Origin: Octopus vulgaris
Taxonomy: Eukaryota
NCBI GenBank assembly: GCA_951406725.2
Contig: OX597815.1
Coordinates: 126,790,001 to 126,854,000, forward strand
Length of the DNA: 64,000 nucleotides
Direction of reading: 5' to 3'
A program made the translations under genes and the position numbers. Position 1 is the stretch's first letter. Every line of letters starts with the position of its first letter. The notes under the pieces were generated by a model, which saw nothing but the letters and a program-made list of their open reading frames with translations, was not told the origin of the DNA and ran no database searches. Below are positions 54,001 to 64,000 of this stretch, in pieces.

Positions 54001-54215
54001 CAATTAAATTTGAGAGTAGAATATTCAATAAGAAATATTTCTGGTTATAAATCGAGGTATCTTAATTTTGAAATTTCCAACCAACAAATTATTTAGATGG
54101 CTTTCAGTTAAGCTTTTAGAATTATTTCACATAGAATTTTCATTAATAGCCTAGACAGATTGTTTTATCAAACTTGGACAGAATATATTACTGAAAAAAC
54201 AGTTTTTACAGCCGG

Positions 54216-55697
54216 TTGTCACCATCTCAAGGCCTCGATGTCAACAAGGGTCACGGCCCTGACGGCATACACCCACGGGTTATCAAAGCGTTGGCTCCGG
54301 TCATCTGCGAGCCCTTAACACGACTATTCAATATGTCATTGGCGACGGGTGTTATACCTGCAGACTGGAGAACAGCGATAATCTGCCCAATTTTCAAGAA
54401 AGGGAGCCGCGAAGACCCGCTTAACTACCGACCGGTTTCTCTTACATCAATAATCAGCAAGATGTTCGAAACCATCCTTAAGAAAAGTATGATGCTCCAC
54501 CTCCTAAGCACAGCCTCGATCACTGATTCCCAACACGGCTTCGTGCCGAAGAGATCATGCTTGACCAACTTACTAGTAATGGAAGAATTGGTGACGCGCA
54601 TCCTCGATGATAGTGATGCTGTTGACATCGTTTTATTGGACTTTGCCAAAGCTTTTGACTCGGTAAACCACCGCCTACTACTTGTCAAGCTTCAAGCATA
54701 TAGTTTCCATCCGGATATTGTACGATGGGTTGGTGCCTTCCTCTCAGATCGCTCCTTCCAAGTTCAAGTTAATGGTTCGCGGTCCGACGTCTCCAGTGCG
54801 AGCAGTGGCATGCCTCAAGGTTCAGTGCTTGGGCCCTTGTTGTTCTTAGTCTTCATAAATGACTTGCCCGACGACCTCACGCAACACACCCTTCTATTTG
54901 CCGACGATATCAAACTGGTCGCTCCTCGCGGTAGTATAGAGGATCTTCGTCGATGCCTCCACCAAATTTGGAAGTGGTCTAACGATTGGGACCTGTGTCT
55001 GAACGTGTCAAAGTGCTGTCATCTGCCTGTCGGCTCTACTCCTGCAACTCAACTTGATTTCGAGCCGGGTCGTCTGCTGCTGGAGAGGACCGATCAGGTA
55101 AAGGACCTGGGTATCTTGGTGGATTCCTCCTTTTCGCCTTCGGCCCAGTGCGTCCATGCTGCCAACAAAGCGCGCGGAATTCTGTTTTTGATTCGACGGT
55201 CATTCGGAATGCTCACAGCAGCCATATTCCTGCCACTCTATGTCACGCTGGTGAGACCCATATTGGAGTATGGGATTCAAGCCTCTTCTCCTTATCTCCT
55301 CAAAGACATACAGCACCTCGAAAGAGTCCAGAGGCTGGCTACCCGCCTGGTTCATGGTCTCAAAAATTTGTCCTACGAAGAAAGGCTGAGGACGCTCGAC
55401 CTTTATTCTCTTGAAAAACGCCGCCGCCGTGGTGATCTCATTCTCGCCCACAACATTATAAGCGGGAAGTGTAACCTCTCGAAAGAGCTGTTCTTCACTC
55501 CTGCTCCGGAGCGTCGGCTGCGGGGTCATTCCGAAAAGCTCTACCTGCGACGATTTCATCTCAATCGAAGGAGAGGAGCTTTCTCCGTCCGGGTTGCGGA
55601 TCCGTGGAACAAGCTGCCAGACGAGATGGTGAAGATGCCGACGACCACTTTGTTCAAAGCCTCCCTGGACCTCAAGTGGCCTGAACTCTTTACATGA
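54216..55697 (+). CDS. Reverse transcriptase + thumb of CR1-group LINE ORF2 (uninterrupted but 5'-truncated; no genuine start codon)
   Basis: GPDGIHP, IFKKG, NYRPVSLTS, QHGF, LDFAKAFD, PQGSVLGPLLF, FADD, KDLG, VRPILEY, LERVQR, RGDLI, FSVRV..WNKLP. Confidence 0.92.
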   Translation: MSPSQGLDVNKGHGPDGIHPRVIKALAPVICEPLTRLFNMSLATGVIPADWRTAIICPIFKKGSREDPLNYRPVSLTSIISKMFETILKKSMMLHLLSTASITDSQHGFVPKRSCLTNLLVMEELVTRILDDSDAVDIVLLDFAKAFDSVNHRLLLVKLQAYSFHPDIVRWVGAFLSDRSFQVQVNGSRSDVSSASSGMPQGSVLGPLLFLVFINDLPDDLTQHTLLFADDIKLVAPRGSIEDLRRCLHQIWKWSNDWDLCLNVSKCCHLPVGSTPATQLDFEPGRLLLERTDQVKDLGILVDSSFSPSAQCVHAANKARGILFLIRRSFGMLTAAIFLPLYVTLVRPILEYGIQASSPYLLKDIQHLERVQRLATRLVHGLKNLSYEERLRTLDLYSLEKRRRRGDLILAHNIISGKCNLSKELFFTPAPERRLRGHSEKLYLRRFHLNRRRGAFSVRVADPWNKLPDEMVKMPTTTLFKASLDLKWPELFT

Positions 55698-55780
55698 ACA
55701 CTACCCTGTACTTAACTCCATGTCCCCCTACATGGCCTTGCTATTTGCTTTTGAGCCAAATTAACTAACTAACTAACTAA
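54229..55780 (+). mobile_element. Young 5'-truncated CR1-group LINE, (TAAC)n tail, 6-bp TSD
   Basis: CATCTC at 54223-54228 and 55781-55786; 3' TTAACTAACTAACTAACTAA; abrupt rise in GC and CpG. Confidence 0.9.
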
Positions 55781-56104
55781 CATCTCTTAATATCAGGAAG
55801 TAGGGTGGAAGCTGTTGTGGAATAGCAACAACATTTAGAGCAAAGTTCATTGCCCAGAGGCCAAAACACTGACTGTAAACATTTTTGAACTTACAACTTT
55901 ACATATGATAATGATAAATACCACCAATCTGAAACAGACTTGTATTTCTGCTGAAAGATGAAAGCATCTTTTAACCATTCAACATCTGTGAAATCTGAGG
56001 TGAGTTCCAGTATACTTCTTCTATTATAAGAATACCAGTTAAAATTGAACATTGCATAATCAGACATGACACTACTCAAATGAAGTTCAGTTAACAATAT
56101 TCCA

Positions 56105-56476
56105 CAATAAACTCTGAGCACGTTTTCAAAATCCATCTGTCTAACACCTGTGGACATGTTTACAAAGTCAGAAAACAGCACAGCTCCCATGACTTTCAGA
56201 AACATTTTTTCATGCTAAGAGTTGCTGAAGGATGGAACAAACTGCCGGCATCAGTTGTTAGTTGTCGAAGCACTGCATCCTTCAAAACTTACATGCTTCC
56301 TGAGATTCACCAACACTACACTTGATTTTCTCCCCTCCATACACACGCAAGCATGTATCTGACTCATACACTGTTCACTTTCCAGACATTTGTACATTAC
56401 TGCATATGCTTTATACGCACTATTGACGAGTTGTGGTGGCCTGAGCAGTGTATACAATAATTTCATTATTATTATT
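56105..56476 (+). mobile_element. CR1-type LINE 3' stub with (ATT)n tail
   Basis: TCGHVYKVRKQH...FFMLRVAEGWNKLPASVV...SFK; the 3' UTR end matches 20850..20885. Confidence 0.75.
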
Positions 56477-58230
56477 CAGTAGTTTTATTTTTATAGCATG
56501 CTTTCACTTCACTACCGAGCACAGCTCTTTGTGCCTTGGGTATGTGTTGTGATTTGTTGTGATGCTCTGATGGTTACTGTATTGAAAGTGTTTTGCGTAG
56601 GATGTGTGCAGTACCTAGTAGTGCAATTTTCTGTATGTTACATGTGTTTGTAAGTCCTGGTGTTTTTGTTATGTATTTGTCTGAATATTTTTTATCATGC
56701 CTAATGCACCTACTATGATAGGAATTGTTTCTGTTTTTAGATTCCACATTCTAGTTACCTCTATTTCCAGGTCTTTGTATTTTGAAAGTTTCACCATTTC
56801 TTTTAGGGACACGTTGTCATCTGCTGGTATTGATACATCAGTTAGAAAGCATTTTTTTCCTTCATGATCTCTGACAACTATATTTGGCCTGTTGGCATTA
56901 ATTTCTCTATCTGCGTGTATTGGCATATCCCAGAGTATGGTTGCTTTCACGTTTTCTGTGACCTTTTCTGGTGTGTGCCTATACCATCTTTTTTCTGTTG
57001 TTATTCCATAACAGCATAGCTTCCAGTGTATGTAGGTCCCAACTCTGTTGTGTCTGTGAATATATTCCTTCTTAGCCTGGACTGGGCAGCCAGAGATAAT
57101 ATGATTTATTGTTTCTTGTCCATCTCCACATATTCTGCAGTTACTCGTTATATTTCTTTTCATTACATGTTTTTGGTAATTTCTGGTGGGGAGGCTTTGG
57201 TCTTGTGGTGCAATTAAAAATCCCTCTGTCTCTGCTTTGAGTCCTGAGCTTCTCAACCATTGCTGGGATTTTTCTTTGTCTATTTCTTTTGCATTTAGAT
57301 TAGTCCAGTATTTGCCATGAAGGGGCTTTTCTTGCCATCGTTTTATCATGGTCTGTTGCTGTTCTAATTTTGGTTTGAATTTCATTTGTTTTATAGCTTT
57401 TGTTTCTTCTTCTTCTTCTTCTTCTTCTTCTTCTTCTTCTTCTTCTTCTTCTTCTTCTTCTTCTTCTCCTCCTCCTCCTCCTCCTCCTCCTCCTCTTCTT
57501 CTTCTTCTTCTTCTTCTTCTTCTTCTTCTTCTTCTTCTTCTTCTTCTTCTTCTTCTTCTTCTTCTTCATATTTGTTAGGTGGTGTGATTTCTTGTTTGTA
57601 TTTGTCAGCTTCCTTAAATACTGAGAACAGATTTTTGATTTGCTCGTGTTTTGCTGCTATTTGTATCAGTTTTCCTTGCTTCTGAAGTAGATATTTTTGC
57701 AGTCCTATGGTGGTTTTTTATAATAGTTTTCCAGCTGTATAAGGTCTCTACCACCTTCTATACGTTGTATATATAGCCTTTCTATGTCAGATTTTGGGTG
57801 ATGCATCTTAGATCCTGTCATTATTTTTCTTATTTTTCTATCTATTTTGGTGAGTTCATTTAGTGTGCAGTTAAGAATTTGTAGCTTAACTTATTACTAG
57901 AACGGCTAAAGTGTTAATGCCTATTATCTTGTTTTTAGCATTGAGCTCTGTTATTAGTATTGATCTAACTCATCTATAGTATTCTTTCTTTATTTTCTCT
58001 TCCATTTGCATGTGTTGTGTCATATCTAGTTCATGGATTCCTAAATATTTGTAAGTTTGGCTTTGGTCTAATTCTCTTATTTCATTGGCTTTGTCTAGTG
58101 TGATATTGCTACTCTTAACTAGATTTCCTCTTTTCAGGGTTACTTTTACGCATTTTTCTAATCCAAATTTCATATCTATTTCTTTGGTAAATCCATGAAC
58201 TGATTTTAGTAGTGTTTCTAGCTGTTTGTC
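56477..58230 (-). mobile_element. 5'-truncated R4/Dong LINE (RT 3' part, CCHC, RLE)
   Basis: MKFGLEKC, YKYLG, GGRGL, KPLHGKY, CRIC..ETINHIISGC, RHN, RPNIVV..DVSIP..KY; bounded by (TAA)n on both sides. Confidence 0.9.
57404..57567. repeat. 164-bp (TTC)n(TCC)n(TTC)n microsatellite within the Dong ORF
   Basis: Directly visible; source of the poly-K/R/S/L/F pseudo-ORFs. Confidence 0.95.
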
Positions 58231-58316
58231 ATTATTATTATTGTTATTATTATTATTATCATTATTATTATTATTGTTATTATTATTATTATCATTATTA
58301 TTATTATTATTATTAC

Positions 58317-58722
58317 TTTTTTTTTCTTCTTTCAAATTTGCTTCCATTTCTTGCCGAGTGTCTTCCCGACTCCTAGGGCAAAGAAACTCATAGTATACAT
58401 TGGTAGGCCATTAAACCAAACTCAATAGTTCGTTCATTTTTTTAAATTTAAAAAAATTTTTTTTTTAAGTTAAATTAAAATACATGAGCAGCAACAGTTC
58501 TCACATCGACAATGCTCTTCTCAATACGTGTGATGTACCAGTTAAGACAATCTTTTGCACTTCTTGCAGGGATGGTAAGCCAGGGATCATTCTCATATAA
58601 TTTTCGGTTCCCTTCTTGATCATTCCTAGTGCTCCTACGATCATTGGTATTGTAACCGCCTTGAGATGCCACATTTTCTCAATTTCAATGAGTAGGTCTT
58701 TATATTTTCTGAGCTTGTCAAA
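58317..58722 (-). mobile_element. R4/Dong 3' stub, same family as 31380..32401
   Basis: Near-identical to 31380..31780 (DKLRKYKDLLIEIEKMWHL... plus 3' UTR). Confidence 0.9.
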
Positions 58723-58745
58723 AATTATTATTATTATTATTATTA

Positions 58746-58910
58746 CTTTTTTTTTTCTTCTTTCAAATTTGCTTCCATTTCTTGCCGAGTGTCTTCCCGA
58801 CTCCTAGGGCAAAGAAACTCATAGTATATATTGGTAGGCCATTAAACCAAACTCAGTAGTTCGTTCATTTTTTTTTTTTTTTAATTTTTTTTAAAGTTAA
58901 ATTAAAATAA
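58746..58910 (-). mobile_element. R4/Dong 3' UTR-only stub, tandem to the previous one
   Basis: Repeat of TTTCAAATTTGCTTCCATTTCTTGCCGAGTGTCTTCCCGACTCCTAGGGC... between (ATT)n tracts. Confidence 0.88.
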
Positions 58911-58915
58911 TAATA

Positions 58916-58982
<67 letters not shown>

Positions 58983-59559
58983 GTATTTTTATTATTACCC
59001 TGCAATACTTTCTACAGTAGCCTCTACAGTAATTCAGGATCCAGGTATGTGCTGATTGAGTTGAAAAGTATTTTTAATTGATCTAAAAAGCAAATTTTGA
59101 GTGAAAAGAGTGGGGAAAAATCTGTGGAAGAATACAAAACTTCCTTTTTTTATATTTTGTTATTTTCTGTGTCTAGAGGAAGGTTCATGGGGAGGGCAAA
59201 ATCTCTGGCCCTAGTATATTCTTCTAAACCATGTATTTTACATAGAAACAGGTGGAAACTGAAAACAGCTGGAGCACATAGCTATTGAAAATCTGCCTCA
59301 GTCAATTCCATGTGATACATGCAAGCATGAAAAACCAGATGTTGAAAGATGATGAGAAAATGATGATGATGATGATGATGATGATGATAATGATGACAAC
59401 AATGACGATGATGACGATGAAGATGACGACAACGATGATGATGATGAGGAGGAGGAGGATGCCCATTATTGTTCTTATGTACTAGTAGCATGCTTTACAT
59501 AAATGACTAAAAGATCAGTAGTCCATCATGATATGTATTCAGTCGATCCTGTTTGTAAA

Positions 59560-59775
59560 TCATCCTTTTTACTATAGGCACAAGGCCTGAAATTTGGGAG
59601 GAAAGGGCCAGTCGATTAGATCGACCCCAATACGCAGATGGTACTTAATTTATCGACCCCAAAAGGATGAAAGGTAAAGTCAACCTTGGTGGAATTTGAA
59701 CTCAGGACAGCAATGGGCAAAATATCGCTAAGCATTTCATCCAGCGTACTAACGATTCTGACAGCTCACTACCAT
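59560..59775 (-). mobile_element. SINE family B
   Basis: Reverse-complement homolog of 5470..5680. Confidence 0.75.
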
Positions 59776-60593
59776 GTTTATAAATAATATTGGCTTTGTG
59801 AGTTAGAGTCTTTCACTTGCACATTTCTTTCTCTTCTCTTTCATTTTTCATTCTTATCCAGCTCATTTGAATTTTGAACTCAGTACTCTATTTGTAAAAT
59901 TGTTGCCATAAAGGACATTGCCTGGATCAAATTTAGCATATTTAAACTATTTTCTACCAACTTGATACAAACTTTTTCACTGGAAATGGCTACTGGCAAC
60001 ATAGTTACTTTGATACGAAACACATTAAATAATATTTGCTGAGAAATGAAGAAAAATATTTCATTATAAGTTGAAAGAGATCCTTTTACACTCTAAAGAT
60101 TTCTAGCCAAACCTAATTTTCTTGTGCTCTTTCATCAATTTTATGTATATTTCAACTAATATTTCTACTAATAAGAACAAGATGTTTAGATAATGGTCAA
60201 TTTAATTCTATAATTTCTTATGCCCCCCACCCCTCCACACCAGACTTTTATTCTTTGACTGGTTTCAGTCACTGTTCCAAAATCAAGCTGGGGCACACAC
60301 TTCAAAGGCATTAGTCAATTATGTTGACTTCATTACTTTGCTTGAGATTCAGTTGATAAGACTATATTTATCAGATGAATAAGTTTATCTTGATTTATGT
60401 CCCTTTTAGGAAGATAACTGACCTTAGAAAATATATACTACTAGGTGTTTAGTCCAATTTATACCAGTTTACACTAACACAGACGTGCAAACATATTACA
60501 CACCACCACACACCACACATACACTCTCTCTTTCTCTCTCTCACACACACACATATATATATACATACAGATATTTATACACACACATACACA

Positions 60594-60675
<82 letters not shown>

Positions 60676-61943
60676 ACCTGGATAGTAAATCAAGATATTC
60701 AGGAGGGTATCATATGAAATGACTAGCATAGTATTATCTTAAACTTCTAGGAAGGACTTAAAGAGAAGCAACAACAGAGAATCAAACTACTAAACCAGGT
60801 TATGAAAGTCATGGAGAGAGTCATAAGTGCTTGACATGTACTGCATTCGGAAATTTGGTGGTCACTAAGGAAACTAGATGTAGACAAGTTTCATCTGAGG
60901 GCCATGTCAACTTCATGCCATCTGCATGAAAAACAATATTTAAGGTAGTGTTTTCATTGTTAACTTGGTGAAGTTCAAATCTTGCTTTGACTTTCAATTT
61001 GAAATTGTTTCATTTCATTTATTCCATTAACGTTCTTTGAAGTAACCTAATAAGCACTGCAACTTACCATTTCGTCTCTTCTTAGGTTCATCATTATCAT
61101 CATCCTCATCATCATAATCCTCAACATAATAATTATCATCATCACCACCATCATAGCACCCCACCTCATTAATACCACCATTGTCATGAATACAATCATC
61201 GTCATCGTTAAGTTACATCTGCTTTCCATGGTGTCATGGGATGGATGACTTGTCACACTCCAAGTAATCTTTCACTTGGAACAACAGCTCCCAATGGCCA
61301 ATTATGCCATTTGGCCTGATTTCAAACATTGAATGCTTTTTCTTATGCTAATCACTGCATATATAAAAGAAGCTGAAATTTATTTTTGCTATTGATTTTG
61401 TTGTAATAACACTGAACAGACACAATCATTATTGTTGCTTGAGAAAATTTACAGTTCAAGAGCAACTGATCAATATTTTTTAGCAAGCAATCTTCATTTA
61501 ATTAAGTGTATCTTATCAAAACAGCACAAAATATGAAATCATGAATGAAAAAAGTAACCTAAAGTTGTTTTTGTTCAATCCCAGATTAATCTTCATAGAG
61601 CCAATGATAAAGCTATGATGAAAAATATTCCATTCATTTTCCAAGGTAATATGCAATCAGAACCACATTATCCATTGGGCTGTTTTCAATGGTGACAGGG
61701 GTGCCACTACGACAGTTATTTGGTTTATATTTCTGACAATTTAAGCAACCACAAAAAACCCTCAACTGCTTCATTGTTTCTTAGAATTTAGGTAATACCA
61801 AACATTTCTCTACATGTACATAATGTGTATTTATATGAATGTTGTTTGTAAGTATGTATGTACATATATGTATATGAATGTTGTATATGCATGTATATGT
61901 TATATACATCCATCCATCCATCCATCCATTTATACATACATAC

Positions 61944-61983
<40 letters not shown>

Positions 61984-62254
61984 TAATCCCATAGGTGCCA
62001 AACAAGGGTAGAGTAATATACTATTGTATTAAAGCTACAAGTAATCTTTACAAACTGATATGACCATTGTGATCACACTTAAATAAGAGCGATTAAATAA
62101 TAATTAAGTTATGTGAATATATATACCAGAGTTATATTAGTCAGTATTGTCTGACGAATGGTCACATGAGATTCTGAGTAGAGTTTTGTGAACATTTTTT
62201 CAGCTTTAATAAAATAATATATTAATGTGTGTGTGTGTGTGTGCATTTTTTTAA

Positions 62255-62416
62255 TATTAAAGCTGCAAAAACCATACAAAAAAAACTGCTACTCAGAGTT
62301 TTACATTCCCATTTGTCAGGTAGTTGGGATCAAGATTCTTGATCACAACTGCCCAACAAATGGGACCTCTGAAACTCTGAGTTGCAGTTTTTTGTGATGC
62401 TTTTGCAGCTTTAATA
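62255..62416. repeat. ~160-bp foldback made of two inverted copies of a hammerhead-like unit
   Basis: TATTAAAGCTGCAAAA...GATCAAG-ATT-CTTGATC...TTTTGCAGCTTTAATA; a third, direct copy at 62147..62215. Confidence 0.75.
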
Positions 62417-62619
62417 AAAAAGCATATTACTCTACCTTCAGTATTCAAGTGCTGCTTTTTTCCGCCTTGTTTTTCATTTATGTGCTTACTTGTGTGTGTG
62501 TGTATGTATAGATATTTTGCTTAACATAGCAAGACTAATAAGCTGGTGTAGAATTCAATATACATATGGCCCAGAACACAATGTTATATGGGTATTGTGT
62601 CTTTCTTTCTTTCTTTCTT

Positions 62620-62659
<40 letters not shown>

Positions 62660-62714
62660 AGAAATTAAAAAAGGAAAATATGCACACGTACATAGTTTTA
62701 ATATAATTTTTAAT

Positions 62715-62749
62715 ATATCGACCGGTTTCGCTATCACTATTCATGATAT
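62715..62749 (-). ncRNA. Degenerate minimal hammerhead downstream of the PLE ORF
   Basis: ATATC-ATGAATA-GT GATA GC-GAAACCGGTC-GATAT: perfect stem I, palindromic stem III, GUC triplet, two core substitutions. Confidence 0.55.
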
Positions 62750-63039
62750 TATGCTTTACTTATTTGAATATATATTTTTTCTTAAGAAGAAATTTTGTCC
62801 ATGTTGTGTGTGATGAACTTCACGAGTGAATGACTTCACAAGTAGATAAATAAAGGGAGATAATTGATTGTCATTATTAATGTTATTGTTGTGGGTAGGG
62901 GAGATAACTGTTCAGCTTTCAATAATGGGTGGGGATTATATATGTGTACAGACAGAGACAAGTTTCAAAAACCTTGTTTAGTAGGGGATTTATGTACAGT
63001 GATGTAATCGTGAATTGAAATATGTAAAAAGATAAAAGT

Positions 63040-64000
63040 TGGTTATGCATGCATATTAAGACGTGATTTGTATATTTCAATGAAAAAGTTTCTTTATTTA
63101 ACGTTCTAGTTGAGAGGTTGCGTCTTTGCACTGGTAGAAAGGGAATACTGTGAAATTTGGTTTGATGTTACCTGCACATTTTTCAATATGTTCATTGAGA
63201 GGAATTTGTCTGTATTACAGGAAATGGATTTGCTCTTTATGTAGAGTGGTTCTCTTTCTCAAGGTCATACTCGCTTGTCCAATATAGTGGTGTCCACAAC
63301 CTGAGCAGGTTATTACATAAATTAGGTTCTCAGAGGCACAAGTTAAACTAGTTTTAATTGTGAACCTCTGTCTTTGTTTGAAAAGGAAATCTGAGCCTTC
63401 AAGCAGGTTGGGGTAAGTTCCACAGTTTGGACGTTTTTGTAAAGCTTCGCATTTGTTAGTAGTCTCTTTAGCGATTTGTCTTGTTTTTTGCATTTGATGA
63501 GTTTGTGTGTTTTCAGGATGTCGTTCATTTTTGGATCTCTAGTTAGTAAAGGAAGAGTTTGCACAATAGTGTTGAATGCTTCACTGTTTCTGGGGTTGTG
63601 TGTTGATATAAATAGTAACGTTTTGAGTTGAGGTGTGGTGTTATGTTTTATTGTTCTTAGTGTTTTTGTGTCTAATTGTTTGGCATGTTTAATTCCCTTG
63701 TTGATAAGTAAGGGTGGATATTGTCTTTCAATAAGTGCTGTTTTGAGATCATGAAGACAAAGATCCCAAGTTGTTCTATCAGACACTATTGTGCAGATCC
63801 TTTTTACTAAATTGAAAGGGATGTTTATTTTTATGTGTTTCGGGTGGCATGAGTTAAAGAGAAGATATTGTTTTGAATTAGTTGGTTTATAATAAATGTC
63901 AGTTATGATTTCATTGTTAACTTTTTTATCATGATGTCTAAAAATTGGAGTTGTTCTTTGTTATATTCCATTGTGAATTGAATGTTAATATTTATGTCAT
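63040..64000 (-). pseudogene. Penelope-like element (Neptune-like) RT thumb + GIY-YIG endonuclease, runs off the window end
   Basis: FLDI, TDIYYKPTNSKQYL..SCHP, YPP, LTCASENLIYVITCSGCGHHYIGQ..LRKR..LH; frameshifted. Confidence 0.88.

Noticed and set aside
55200-55559. Antisense and alternative-frame ORFs within the CR1 RT
   Set aside because: Expected by-products of a GC-rich coding sequence.
55885-56100. Possible minus-strand host exon (GTAAGT donor near 55890, polypyrimidine-AG upstream)
   Set aside because: No recognisable protein similarity; such signals are common by chance in AT-rich DNA. Similar unsupported candidates lie near 850..930, 18880 and 43550.
57300-57685. Poly-K/R, poly-S, poly-L and poly-F ORFs
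   Set aside because: Alternative frames of the (TTC)n/(TCC)n tract.
61060-61215. Minus-strand acidic frame ending DDEDDDNDEPKKRRN followed by a GTAAGT donor (NLS-like exon)
   Set aside because: It derives from a decayed (GAT)n retroelement tail, has an in-frame TAA just upstream, and has no credible splice acceptor.

Overview
AT-rich, microsatellite-dense eukaryotic DNA with no host protein-coding exon that I can support. The SINE families, (GAT)n-tailed RTE ends and overall repeat landscape look like an octopus/coleoid cephalopod intergenic or intronic region (inference). The window is a layered pile of mobile elements: two near full-length mariners, two maT-like fragments, a hAT 3' end, piggyBac-type MITEs, non-autonomous Helitrons, RTE, CR1 and R4/Dong LINEs, three Penelope-like elements (PLEs) and several tRNA-type SINE families. 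Nearly all short ORFs in the supplied track are microsatellite or TE artefacts. Most notable: (1) a C4HC3 PHD-type zinc finger inside the reverse transcriptase of an RTE LINE, seen in two independent copies; (2) about ten type-I hammerhead-ribozyme-like motifs, in PLE pseudo-LTRs and in non-coding inserts, one of which has a 16-bp target-site duplication; (3) a young, GC/CpG-rich CR1-type LINE with an intact 493-aa frame and a TSD, a horizontal-transfer candidate; (4) CR1 (ATT)n tails acting twice as landing pads for stacks of (TAA)n-targeting Dong elements. All calls were made by eye; boundaries of decayed elements are approximate.
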